From: a virus
DNA length: 64,000 nt
Virus record (IMG/VR): IMGVR_UViG_3300045988_126932
Span: 23,140-87,139 of that record
Strand: one strand, 5' to 3'
The notes under the pieces were generated by a model. That model worked only from the letters and a program-made list of their open reading frames with translations. It searched no databases and was not told the origin of the DNA. Position 1 is the stretch's first letter. The number at the start of each line of letters is the position of its first letter. Of this stretch, positions 36,222-45,155 are shown in pieces. Both the position numbers and the translations under genes were made by a program.

Positions 36222-36779
36222 TTATTCATTAATTACTTCAATTTGACACATTTTCATTGCTTCGAGTGCGTTCTTGTGACTCTCTGGTGTTACGCCTGCG
36301 CAGCACGATGCATCTACAGTAATCTTTGCCTCTGGTAATACCGATTTAATTAACATCGCATTTGAAATAACACAAATATCGGTACATAATCCAACTAATG
36401 TAATTTCAAGATCTGAAGCATATTTGTATTCTCTCCTAAAATGATCTGCTAATCTAAATGAACCAAATGTAGGTTTATTAAAATACCTTCTTACACTGTC
36501 AAATCCTCTTTCTTCAATAACTTTCAAAATATCTTTATTGATATACCATCCATCTTCAAGAAAAATACAATGTTTTACTGGTAGTTTTATTCCCTCTTGT
36601 GTATCTAAATAATCTTCATCATGTGTGTCTTTTGTTACATACAAATCTCCATCTTCATCAAAATTACGAATTTTCTCAACTACTTTAGGTACGATTTCTT
36701 GTGCCTCTTTCGTTCCTAAACTCCCATCAATAAAGTCATTCTGCATATCAATGACAACTAAAATTTTATTATTATCCAT
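36222..36779 (-). CDS. pncA: nicotinamidase (PncA, isochorismatase family)
   Basis: The N-terminal VIDMQNDF, a metal-site-like KDTHDED and KHC, and a catalytic Cys (GLCTDICV) together match PncA. Confidence 0.65.
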   Translation of the reverse strand: MDNNKILVVIDMQNDFIDGSLGTKEAQEIVPKVVEKIRNFDEDGDLYVTKDTHDEDYLDTQEGIKLPVKHCIFLEDGWYINKDILKVIEERGFDSVRRYFNKPTFGSFRLADHFRREYKYASDLEITLVGLCTDICVISNAMLIKSVLPEAKITVDASCCAGVTPESHKNALEAMKMCQIEVINE

Positions 36780-36855
36780 TTTCTAATTCTCTTTCCTTTA
36801 AATTACTGTTTTATGTAACACCCACCCGTCAAATATGACGAGTAGGCATATCATC

Positions 36856-37245
36856 TTAATCTTCGAAAGAATCAATCATTGCACGTAATTCCGCTTCTGA
36901 CATCTTCTCAATAGCCTCATCCTGTTTCTTGGAAAGAGCATCAATATACTTTTTCTGTGTCCGTTTCTTATCAATACGTTCCTTCTCGGCAAGTTTCTCT
37001 TTACGTTTTGTTGTAAAGATGTATCTTACAATACCAATCGCAGCCGTTAATTTTGGATCAACATTTGCATCATCCAACAGGCTTTCTTCTGAAGATTTAA
37101 CTTCCTGATCTTTCAGATTTTTATAAACCACGTCTAAATCTTTATCAGATAAATCCCATAAATCTTCTACGGATAATTCTCCCTTTGTTGATGGGAATCT
37201 CAATTTGCTTCTTGTTGCCATTTCGAATAACTTTTCTGTTGTCAT
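36856..37245 (-). CDS. hypothetical protein
   Basis: 129-aa ORF. Confidence 0.4.
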   Translation of the reverse strand: MTTEKLFEMATRSKLRFPSTKGELSVEDLWDLSDKDLDVVYKNLKDQEVKSSEESLLDDANVDPKLTAAIGIVRYIFTTKRKEKLAEKERIDKKRTQKKYIDALSKKQDEAIEKMSEAELRAMIDSFED

Positions 37246-37265
37246 AATTTAATCTCCTTTTTATG

Positions 37266-39335
37266 TTAAAATTTAATTTTAAGAACTCTTTCTGTTGCAC
37301 CCTTGACTTTGACGATCACATCATCTCGTTTTGTAGAACTGAAACCAATTCCTGATAACTGGTTCGGATCATCTGCGACATGCATCTTACTTCCTAAAGC
37401 CTCGAATACTCTCTTGTGCTGTACTAATTCCTGTTTCAAAAATTCATTAAAGAATCCATTTGGTGTATCTTCATTTACGCATCCGTTTAACATAAACAGA
37501 TAATGTTTGTGTCCAATACCTGTCTGTTCGTCCCAATAGTTAGGTGAATAACACATTACTGTGACTGGCACAAACTGATTTGTATTGATTCCCCAGATTT
37601 CTCTTGAAGATGTTGTTGATGGAAGTTTCTCTTTGATTGTGAATACTCCATCTTTTAATGTAACTGTAGCCACTGGCACGTTCTGCCCCTGTCTTAAATG
37701 CTGATCATATTCAAATTCGTAAATCTGACCATCAAATTCAATCTCGGCTGTAAATCCAGATGTACCATTGTTATGGCAATAATTGTGTACGAAAAAATCA
37801 TAATCTCCATCAACCATTTTAGATTTATCTGCCCATGTAATATTTTCTACGGCAGGTTTACCTTTTTCTGGATTAATTACATCAACATCAAGTCTGCCTT
37901 GTGTCACGTGATCAACCATATGGCTAAAGAAAATATGCTGGCAAGGTGTTTTACAATGTGCGTCAAAGTCATCTCTGTTCCAATCTTTTCCTGCGTTCCA
38001 CTGGATTGAGAATCTTAAGACTCCATCGACAGCTCCGCCTGCGTTCTTAACTCTTTCTTTCATTTCACTGTCTGTCATATTTCCTGAGTATGCCCAGCTG
38101 AAAGGATTACTCCACTTCATCATATTCTTAGCATCTTTATTTACAGGTGCGATCAGTGAAACCATGTTCTTTTTATGACGATTTTCAAACAAGACTTCTA
38201 ATTCTTTTGCGGTTGGAAGAACATCTGATACAAATTTCTCTGCACTGATCTCTTCTACTTTAGAGAATTTCTTAGGATTTACAGCGACTTCCTTACTCAT
38301 CTCATCAAAAATATCTAAACCGCCCTGGATACGTGGTGCTGCATCACGATTACAAAACAGAATATTGTTTACTGTAATATCGTCAAGTCTTGCAAATCTA
38401 CGCTGCAATGAATCCATATATCCTAAATCGGTTACAGTTTTCTTTGCATCTTCAAGCATTTTCTTTGTAAAGATTGCTTTAGGTCGTTTGTAATTCGCAG
38501 GAGCTACAACATTTTCATAAGCTTTTACTGCATTATCTAAATCCATACCTTCGCTGATATTCACAAGTAATGTACCGATACTATGGTTTCTAATACGACC
38601 AATTACATCTCCGATCGTCATGGCTTTTGTCCATGTGTATGCATCTTTTTCTTCATCTGACAAACCGTTGTATTCTCGCTGATATTTTCTAAAATCTTTT
38701 AATACTCTTTCCCATTCCTGTCCTCTATAAAGAGTATTTGAAGCGATCAATTCTAATACCGTATCAACAGCTTCTTCTGTGATTTCATCAAGCGATCTTT
38801 TGAACACGTTCTTTCGATCTCTAACTTTTGCTTTTACTGTAGGAATATCGGATTTTCTTTCTAGTAATCTCTCTGGAATCGGTGTATACATATGAGTCCA
38901 TTTGATAATCTGCTTATCTTCTGTATACTCATTTGTACTTTTTACTCCAACTGTATTTGTAAAATGTCTCCAAATATCTTTGATTGGCTTTGATTCTACA
39001 TATGTTCGTAAAGCATCAACTACTGGCTGAAATACGACATCATCAGTGTCGATTTCCCAGATCGTATGAATCTTACCGTCAACAATTGCCACAGCTCCAC
39101 CGATTGTTTTAATAAAGTTTCGGCAATGACCACAGTCATATTCTCGTCGTTTACGATACATTTTGTTTGTTCCTTCAGGGAAACTGCTCAAATATACTTC
39201 CCAAAGCTCATCTTTATCAATATCAGTTTCATACAATGTAGAATTGTTTTTCTCTACATAGTCGAGCATTTTATTTAAACGCTCTGACAATTTGTTTAAA
39301 AAATTGCTCCAGTTTTCATTCATTGGTGTGCACAT
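37266..39335 (-). CDS. large hypothetical protein (689 aa)
   Basis: Long uninterrupted ORF with no recognisable motif. Confidence 0.45.
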   Translation of the reverse strand: MCTPMNENWSNFLNKLSERLNKMLDYVEKNNSTLYETDIDKDELWEVYLSSFPEGTNKMYRKRREYDCGHCRNFIKTIGGAVAIVDGKIHTIWEIDTDDVVFQPVVDALRTYVESKPIKDIWRHFTNTVGVKSTNEYTEDKQIIKWTHMYTPIPERLLERKSDIPTVKAKVRDRKNVFKRSLDEITEEAVDTVLELIASNTLYRGQEWERVLKDFRKYQREYNGLSDEEKDAYTWTKAMTIGDVIGRIRNHSIGTLLVNISEGMDLDNAVKAYENVVAPANYKRPKAIFTKKMLEDAKKTVTDLGYMDSLQRRFARLDDITVNNILFCNRDAAPRIQGGLDIFDEMSKEVAVNPKKFSKVEEISAEKFVSDVLPTAKELEVLFENRHKKNMVSLIAPVNKDAKNMMKWSNPFSWAYSGNMTDSEMKERVKNAGGAVDGVLRFSIQWNAGKDWNRDDFDAHCKTPCQHIFFSHMVDHVTQGRLDVDVINPEKGKPAVENITWADKSKMVDGDYDFFVHNYCHNNGTSGFTAEIEFDGQIYEFEYDQHLRQGQNVPVATVTLKDGVFTIKEKLPSTTSSREIWGINTNQFVPVTVMCYSPNYWDEQTGIGHKHYLFMLNGCVNEDTPNGFFNEFLKQELVQHKRVFEALGSKMHVADDPNQLSGIGFSSTKRDDVIVKVKGATERVLKIKF

Positions 39336-39356
39336 AATTTATCTCCTTTTTATGTA

Positions 39357-40676
39357 TTATTTAATTGCTACAAAAATTTCATCGTTCTTGTTACCATTCA
39401 CATAAATTTCTTTACCCTTAAGTTCTGGAAAATATTTCTTGGCAAGTTTTTTGAATTCATTAACATATTTCATATCACAGTTTTTGTAAATCAGTTTACC
39501 AGCAACAGAACCACCTGAAAGCAAACCTATTCTTCTTAAGAACTTCGCATGAGATAACCCTTCCCGATTCTCTTCTCTCTTCTTGTCTTTCTCCAGAATC
39601 TTTTCTAACTTACATAAATTCTCTGTTACCTCAATACAGCTGCTTGGATATTTCACATATTTGTTTGTCCAAAAGTCAACTGCATCATGAGCACCTGCGT
39701 TGCCGCAAAGGTATTTTAATACGCAGGTTTTGAAGCCATTTTCTCTGTCATACACATCATTTCCTTCTACATACGCAACAGTTTCTGCTCCACTAACCCA
39801 TAAGATTTTAACCATTCCATGATAATGTTTTACTTTAAACATTGGCTTACCATCTTTTTCAATCTGCTTACCGTTGTTATCTAACATTGGTTCCTTCACA
39901 GTAATTTCTTTGTCAACATAAATCGGTTTCTTGATCATTTCTTTTAAATTCTTTGTATACATTTCTTTCTCCTCTTCGTTTCCTGTAAGTTCACTCATGA
40001 TTTCATCCAATTTTTCTGACGCAAATGTTAAAGTTGCACTCATTTCACCATTCCAATCAATATGTGTTGGTGCATAAGGACTCAACCCACGGTCGTCATG
40101 TATCATCCATGATTTCCCTGTGGCTGAAAGCTCACCAACCTCATTCTTTATTGGTTCTGACGTTGCAGTAATTGATTTTTGCTGATAGTGTGACAGAGCA
40201 GACACTCTTCTTTCTGAAAGTGGCGGTAAGGTTAATGTATCAACCTGTATTTTGTCGGCTGAAATCGTACCTGTCTGAATCTCAATATCTTTATTCATTG
40301 TTCCACGAATAAGCACAACCTGTAGTTCATCTGAAGTTCGAACAACACAATTAATATACCTATATAAATCACCATCAAACCACATCTTATTATTACTATT
40401 TATTTTCGTATATATTAAACGATGTAACCCCGTAGCTGTTGGATCAATGGCTTTATCATCTTCCCCAAATACACTACATACAGGCAAAAGTTTTTGAAAG
40501 CTCGATCCTCTACTTCTGTTATATTCGACACTTACTACCTTGAAAAGTACATTATCAACATCGGAAAATACTTGTATATAATCTCCAATGCTCAAACGAA
40601 TTTCATCATCACTATCAAGTCTCTTCCTGTGTCTGCCTTTAGTCTGCACCCAAACGCCCGTTTTGTTTTCTTCCAT
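39357..40676 (-). CDS. hypothetical protein (439 aa)
   Basis: Long ORF. Confidence 0.45.
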   Translation of the reverse strand: MEENKTGVWVQTKGRHRKRLDSDDEIRLSIGDYIQVFSDVDNVLFKVVSVEYNRSRGSSFQKLLPVCSVFGEDDKAIDPTATGLHRLIYTKINSNNKMWFDGDLYRYINCVVRTSDELQVVLIRGTMNKDIEIQTGTISADKIQVDTLTLPPLSERRVSALSHYQQKSITATSEPIKNEVGELSATGKSWMIHDDRGLSPYAPTHIDWNGEMSATLTFASEKLDEIMSELTGNEEEKEMYTKNLKEMIKKPIYVDKEITVKEPMLDNNGKQIEKDGKPMFKVKHYHGMVKILWVSGAETVAYVEGNDVYDRENGFKTCVLKYLCGNAGAHDAVDFWTNKYVKYPSSCIEVTENLCKLEKILEKDKKREENREGLSHAKFLRRIGLLSGGSVAGKLIYKNCDMKYVNEFKKLAKKYFPELKGKEIYVNGNKNDEIFVAIK

Positions 40677-40691
40677 ATAATTCTCCTTCTT

Positions 40692-41147
40692 TTAATTTTT
40701 CAATTCACAAGGTATTTTGACATTAAACGTATCTTCACGCTTGTATTTTCCTATCAAAATGGTAATAGCGATATCTTGATCTAATGTATCGACAAACGAA
40801 TATATTCCATTTCGTTTTCTTTCAATACCAAACGAATCATATATACGCAATATCCACCTTTCTTTATCAAGCAAAGCTGAAACACTAAACATACAAATAT
40901 TATCCAAATGTTTTTCATCGCAGATTGTATAACGAACTCTTGGCATTAACTCTCTTGTATGTAATCGTAGATCACCTACATCTTCATTAATCACTACATA
41001 TGTTTTTTCTTTTCCATTTTGCTTATTTAATACTTTAATGCAGTCTCCTGAGTGTGGACTATATTCTATTTCATCTGGTTCAAAATATCTTTGTTCTAAT
41101 TTTCCAAACTTTTGTATGTAAATGTCCATATTTCTCCTTTCTAACAT
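40692..41147 (-). CDS. hypothetical protein
   Basis: 151-aa ORF. An imperfect TTGCACA..TGTGCGA palindrome lies in its upstream region at 41166-41188. Confidence 0.4.
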   Translation of the reverse strand: MLERRNMDIYIQKFGKLEQRYFEPDEIEYSPHSGDCIKVLNKQNGKEKTYVVINEDVGDLRLHTRELMPRVRYTICDEKHLDNICMFSVSALLDKERWILRIYDSFGIERKRNGIYSFVDTLDQDIAITILIGKYKREDTFNVKIPCELKN

Positions 41148-41212
41148 AATATTTACATTTTAATTTTGCACAAATGCCTGTGCGAGTCATCATATATAAT
41201 AAGGAAGAAACT

Positions 41213-41863
41213 CTACCCAATTATATTCTGGATCAGCTCATAATACTTTGTCCTGCCGACATACGACTTATGTTCTGCATCTTTTAATTCTTTCTTCAAA
41301 GTACATATATCTTTCTGATTATCCATGCAATTCTGCATCACTTCTATGTATCGAATACAATTCTTGATCTTTCTGTGTAATTCTTGTAAGGTTTTAAGAT
41401 ACCCAACAATCACTGCACGTTTCGCAGCATCAATCTTTTTAAACTCAATCGCATGAAGAATATCACTTCTGGCAGAATCGGCATATGATAATGCCTGCTC
41501 TAATTCAAACTTCTTTTCTCCTAATTGATCTGAGTCATATGCTAAAAGTCCTACTATAGCTCTTTCCTCAGTCTCTATGTTGTCGATCAATGTATTATCA
41601 CATTCCCAATCCATAAAGCAATTTCCATTACCTTTACGCATTATTTCACTAGATTCCATAGGTTTTCCAACTTTACCTAGCTCAATTTCTCTGGCATAAA
41701 ATCCGTCTTTCATCCACGTATATTTATGCTTCAAACCTAAAATGTGCTTTGCTTGCTTGGAGGTAAACTGAGTAGCTTCAGACTTACGATTATCACGAAC
41801 GTATTTATTTCTTGCATGATCTCTTTTCACATAGAACTCTTCATTCGTAATTATGTATTTCAT
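41213..41863 (-). CDS. hypothetical protein
   Basis: 216-aa ORF. Confidence 0.4.
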   Translation of the reverse strand: MKYIITNEEFYVKRDHARNKYVRDNRKSEATQFTSKQAKHILGLKHKYTWMKDGFYAREIELGKVGKPMESSEIMRKGNGNCFMDWECDNTLIDNIETEERAIVGLLAYDSDQLGEKKFELEQALSYADSARSDILHAIEFKKIDAAKRAVIVGYLKTLQELHRKIKNCIRYIEVMQNCMDNQKDICTLKKELKDAEHKSYVGRTKYYELIQNIIG

Positions 41864-42055
41864 ACATCACTCCTATATTTAGTTGTATTTTTTGGAAAAA
41901 ATTTCATGTTGACGAACATGTTTAGAATTGTTATAATGATTTTAAGGATATTATTATCCTTTCAGATTAAACAATTCTAAATATCAAATTCGATTTTCTA
42001 TCGTGCTGCCAACACGGTAGATTCAAAAAATCTTTTTTTGTTATCTATGATTTGT

Positions 42056-42421
42056 TTAGTTGAAATTTTTAGTTTGTGTGAAAGTAGAAGTTTTACCAAA
42101 GACTTCTGCTTTCTTTTTTATTGTCTGTATTTTTATGCCAACATTGTATCTCTCTTTGTATGTAAATTGCAGGCATTTGATTATGTCAAATATGTCGTCC
42201 TGCCTAATATGAGAGAACAAATTCTCATCTTGAATAAATTCGATCCAATGATATGAAAGATCTTTATCTTTGCCATAGATCTTCATCTTTCTATCATCTG
42301 CTCGAATCTTATATTCGCTCAGAAACCACGATGACATTTCTGATGAGTGTAAATCAAGTACATCAATATGCATTTGATTTGATTGATTCGCTGCTAACAT
42401 TTCTAATATTTGATTGTCCAT
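42056..42421 (-). CDS. hypothetical protein
   Basis: 121-aa ORF. Confidence 0.4.
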   Translation of the reverse strand: MDNQILEMLAANQSNQMHIDVLDLHSSEMSSWFLSEYKIRADDRKMKIYGKDKDLSYHWIEFIQDENLFSHIRQDDIFDIIKCLQFTYKERYNVGIKIQTIKKKAEVFGKTSTFTQTKNFN

Positions 42422-42435
42422 ACATATACCTTCCT

Positions 42436-43464
42436 TTATTCTGCCATTATTTGATGTGCACGATAATTCTTATAGTCCTCGTCTTTATATAGGTAACCAA
42501 TACTTTTACCGATTACCGTTTGACGATCGCTAAATTGTTTCTTTTTTATTCTATATGATATATAATAATTATAATAAAAATCAATTGCAATATCACTAAA
42601 TTGACGTGCGATTACAGATCGTGCGATTCCTTCTTTTGATTTAATATAATATAAATCTGCAATTGCCTTGATATCCATTTTAGATTTTAAATATTGTATA
42701 AAACCAGAATTAATAACATCAATGGTTGTCAATTTCTCATAAGATAAAGTGTTACCAGTTAATTCTAATTGAGACTGCACATTATTATAGATCCTCTTTT
42801 GCTCTGCTTGATATTCTTCTATATTATTACATTTTTTTCGTGGTATTAATACAAAATCATCATATATATTCGTATCTCCCATTTTCAATTTATATTCATT
42901 CAATGTCTCGATAAAATCTTTGGAGACTGGTTTCCCAAGAATTGTTAAATCATTTTGATTAATATCTGAGAATTTTAGATTTCTTAACTCCTTTCCATTT
43001 ATCCCATTATATAAACTCACAATGTGAAATCTAGTATTCAATTTGGTATCGGCTGATGCATTGCACGACATCAGATTCGAAATAAACGCATTTATTTTAT
43101 CTGGTGTAACATAATTAACATTAACTCTATTTGAAAAATATATATCAACTGCTAATTGCAAGTTTATAAATTTATCATTAACAAATGGATTATATTTAAT
43201 GTAATTTTGTTCATATGCATAAGTATATAGTTTAACGAGCTGGTCATATCTTTTTTTAATAGAATTCATACTTTTGGTTTTTTTACCTCTAGTATCTGAT
43301 AATATAGCCTCTTGGATTGTACCTGGTGCATACGTTAACCCAGATTCATTGTCGTCCGCAATATCAGAATCTAACAACCAATTCCATGTTGGGCGACGTG
43401 ATTCTGATACGTGAGAATCTATATAATTTTGTATCAATTCTTTATTATTCATAATATTCTCCAT
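42436..43464 (-). CDS. hypothetical protein, possibly a divergent tyrosine-recombinase-like protein
   Basis: The segment LYNGINGKELRNLKFSDINQNDLTILGKPVSKDFIETLNEY resembles the box-I region of integrases. No clear HxxR/Y box II is visible. Confidence 0.3.
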   Translation of the reverse strand: MENIMNNKELIQNYIDSHVSESRRPTWNWLLDSDIADDNESGLTYAPGTIQEAILSDTRGKKTKSMNSIKKRYDQLVKLYTYAYEQNYIKYNPFVNDKFINLQLAVDIYFSNRVNVNYVTPDKINAFISNLMSCNASADTKLNTRFHIVSLYNGINGKELRNLKFSDINQNDLTILGKPVSKDFIETLNEYKLKMGDTNIYDDFVLIPRKKCNNIEEYQAEQKRIYNNVQSQLELTGNTLSYEKLTTIDVINSGFIQYLKSKMDIKAIADLYYIKSKEGIARSVIARQFSDIAIDFYYNYYISYRIKKKQFSDRQTVIGKSIGYLYKDEDYKNYRAHQIMAE

Positions 43465-43466
43465 TT

Positions 43467-43916
43467 CTAGGATGCCATTGCATTCATGTACGATAACATG
43501 CCGTTTTGTATTAAAATGCCATGTCCTATTTTTAACATTAAAGATAGATCAGATATTCTTCCCCAATACTCTAAAAGATTATTCTTTGGAATTGTTCTTC
43601 CTTGCTCTAAATACACCTGTGATACCATTTTTAATCCATTACTGGTATTTGGATAAATGGTTACATGTGTCGGTATCCAGTTCCTTAATTTTTTTGTAAT
43701 TGGATACACGTTAATCTCTGTGCTCGTATTATTACAAATATTATTAGAATATACGATGACTGGTCTTTTCCCATGCAAGATATGACTACCTTCAATTTTC
43801 GGCAAATCTGCAAAATATATTCCCCAAACTTGAGGATTTTGATATTTGCCATATACATATTCTTTTCTTTTTCTGTTATCGTTTCCTTTTCTTTCTTTGT
43901 TAGTATATCCGTTCAT
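43467..43916 (-). CDS. PemK/MazF-like toxin-fold protein
   Basis: The pattern GIYFADLPKIEGSHILHGKRPVIVYSNN...VYPITKK...PTHVTIYP...SQVYLEQGRTI resembles PemK/MazF. The start is set at an ATG after a GAGGGA RBS; the track start at 43976 lacks an SD. Confidence 0.4.
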   Translation of the reverse strand: MNGYTNKERKGNDNRKRKEYVYGKYQNPQVWGIYFADLPKIEGSHILHGKRPVIVYSNNICNNTSTEINVYPITKKLRNWIPTHVTIYPNTSNGLKMVSQVYLEQGRTIPKNNLLEYWGRISDLSLMLKIGHGILIQNGMLSYMNAMAS

Positions 43917-43966
43917 TTTTACGTCCCTCAACTTTCCCCAGTTGCATTTTTTGTTTTCATGAATTA

Positions 43967-44026
43967 AATATACCATACTTTTTGCACCCTGTCAATAGGT
44001 GCAAGAAAGAAAGTTAATTTTTGTTG
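43967..44026 (-). promoter_or_regulatory. conserved promoter/operator element, copy B (TTGACA -35 inside the palindrome; -10 TATATT)
   Basis: The minus strand reads AAAAATTAACTTTCTTTCTTGCACCTATTGACAGGGTGCAAAAAGTATGGTATATT, upstream of the MazF-like gene. Confidence 0.55.
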
Positions 44027-44076
44027 TGAACAAAGAATCTCTACATTTCTTATTATAATGCTACCATAGAACAAAA

Positions 44077-44397
44077 TCAAGATGTTTTTCGAACAGATGT
44101 TCTCTTTTTGTTCGAACACTTTACTTTGTGCTTACTTGGAAGGGGGAAATACTGTCTAACTTTATGAGGCTTATCCAGTTTCCATTTCTTTTCTTCAAAA
44201 TCATAGTCACAAAAATCAAGCACTTCGTCCACACATCCATCATTATATTTGTAATCCACAATAACAGGATATGTTTTATACCTCATGTAACGTGATGCAT
44301 TATCTGGTTTTAATGGTGGAATCTCTGCTGAAATCCACATAAGATTCTGGTTTGCTTTCTTTTCTTCCTTATTTTGTCTAATCGTATTTATCTTCAT
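44077..44397 (-). CDS. hypothetical basic protein
   Basis: 106-aa ORF. Confidence 0.4.
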   Translation of the reverse strand: MKINTIRQNKEEKKANQNLMWISAEIPPLKPDNASRYMRYKTYPVIVDYKYNDGCVDEVLDFCDYDFEEKKWKLDKPHKVRQYFPLPSKHKVKCSNKKRTSVRKTS

Positions 44398-44408
44398 ACA
44401 AAATTCTC

Positions 44409-45155
44409 CTATAAAATCCTAATAATTTGTTCGTAAATTGCAATCGCATTATCTCCTGGAAAGTTCTGGTTCACATGCATATGCCCAAAGAACCATTTTT
44501 GATAAATCACTTTGTCTTTTATTTGCTGTAAATAATCCGTTAACTTGTCAGATTTGTACACTCCTGATCCTTGATCCATTTGTCTTAAAACAGATGTGTA
44601 TGGACTATGTGCAATAACGTAATCTACTTGGAAGTCATTTTTCTCTAAATTCATCACACCTTCTGCCATCTCTTTATCAGATGGCAATTCTTCTTTCCAC
44701 CAGCTCACATGATTAATCCTAAACATTTTGTCATAATCTCTGTACCATTCATTAATTCTTGGATCGTCTGGCTCTAAAATTCCATCTTGCACATCATGGG
44801 AACTGGCACCGCCAAATGTAAAGAATTTCTTTCCTTGAATTTCAAACACCTGTCCACGCATAAGATGAAATACAGAGTCTTTGATCTTGTGAATCTTTCC
44901 GCCACACCATTTCTCTACAGGATATTGATATAAGCGGTCGTAATTTTCATGATTCCCACATACAAACAATGTAGTAAATGGCTTGTTATCTAACCATTCC
45001 AGATTATATCGTTCTTCTTTTGTGTCATGCCACAGTCCAAAATCTCCGCAGATAATCACATAATCATCTTTGGTTAACTCAACTCCCTCTTGGAAAGAAC
45101 GACTGTTTAATCGAGTCATCCAATCCCCATGTGTATCTCCTGTTACAAATATCAT
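44409..45155 (-). CDS. calcineurin-like metallophosphoesterase (lambda-PPase-like)
   Basis: The motifs GDTHGD, GDFGLW and GNHEN are present. The ATGA overlaps the integrase gene. Confidence 0.75.
   Translation of the reverse strand: MIFVTGDTHGDWMTRLNSRSFQEGVELTKDDYVIICGDFGLWHDTKEERYNLEWLDNKPFTTLFVCGNHENYDRLYQYPVEKWCGGKIHKIKDSVFHLMRGQVFEIQGKKFFTFGGASSHDVQDGILEPDDPRINEWYRDYDKMFRINHVSWWKEELPSDKEMAEGVMNLEKNDFQVDYVIAHSPYTSVLRQMDQGSGVYKSDKLTDYLQQIKDKVIYQKWFFGHMHVNQNFPGDNAIAIYEQIIRIL

Noticed and set aside
36780-36855. A small inverted repeat CGTCA-AATA-TGACG downstream of pncA.
   Set aside because: It has a 5-bp stem with no T-run, which is too weak for a terminator. It is possibly an operator but unsupported.
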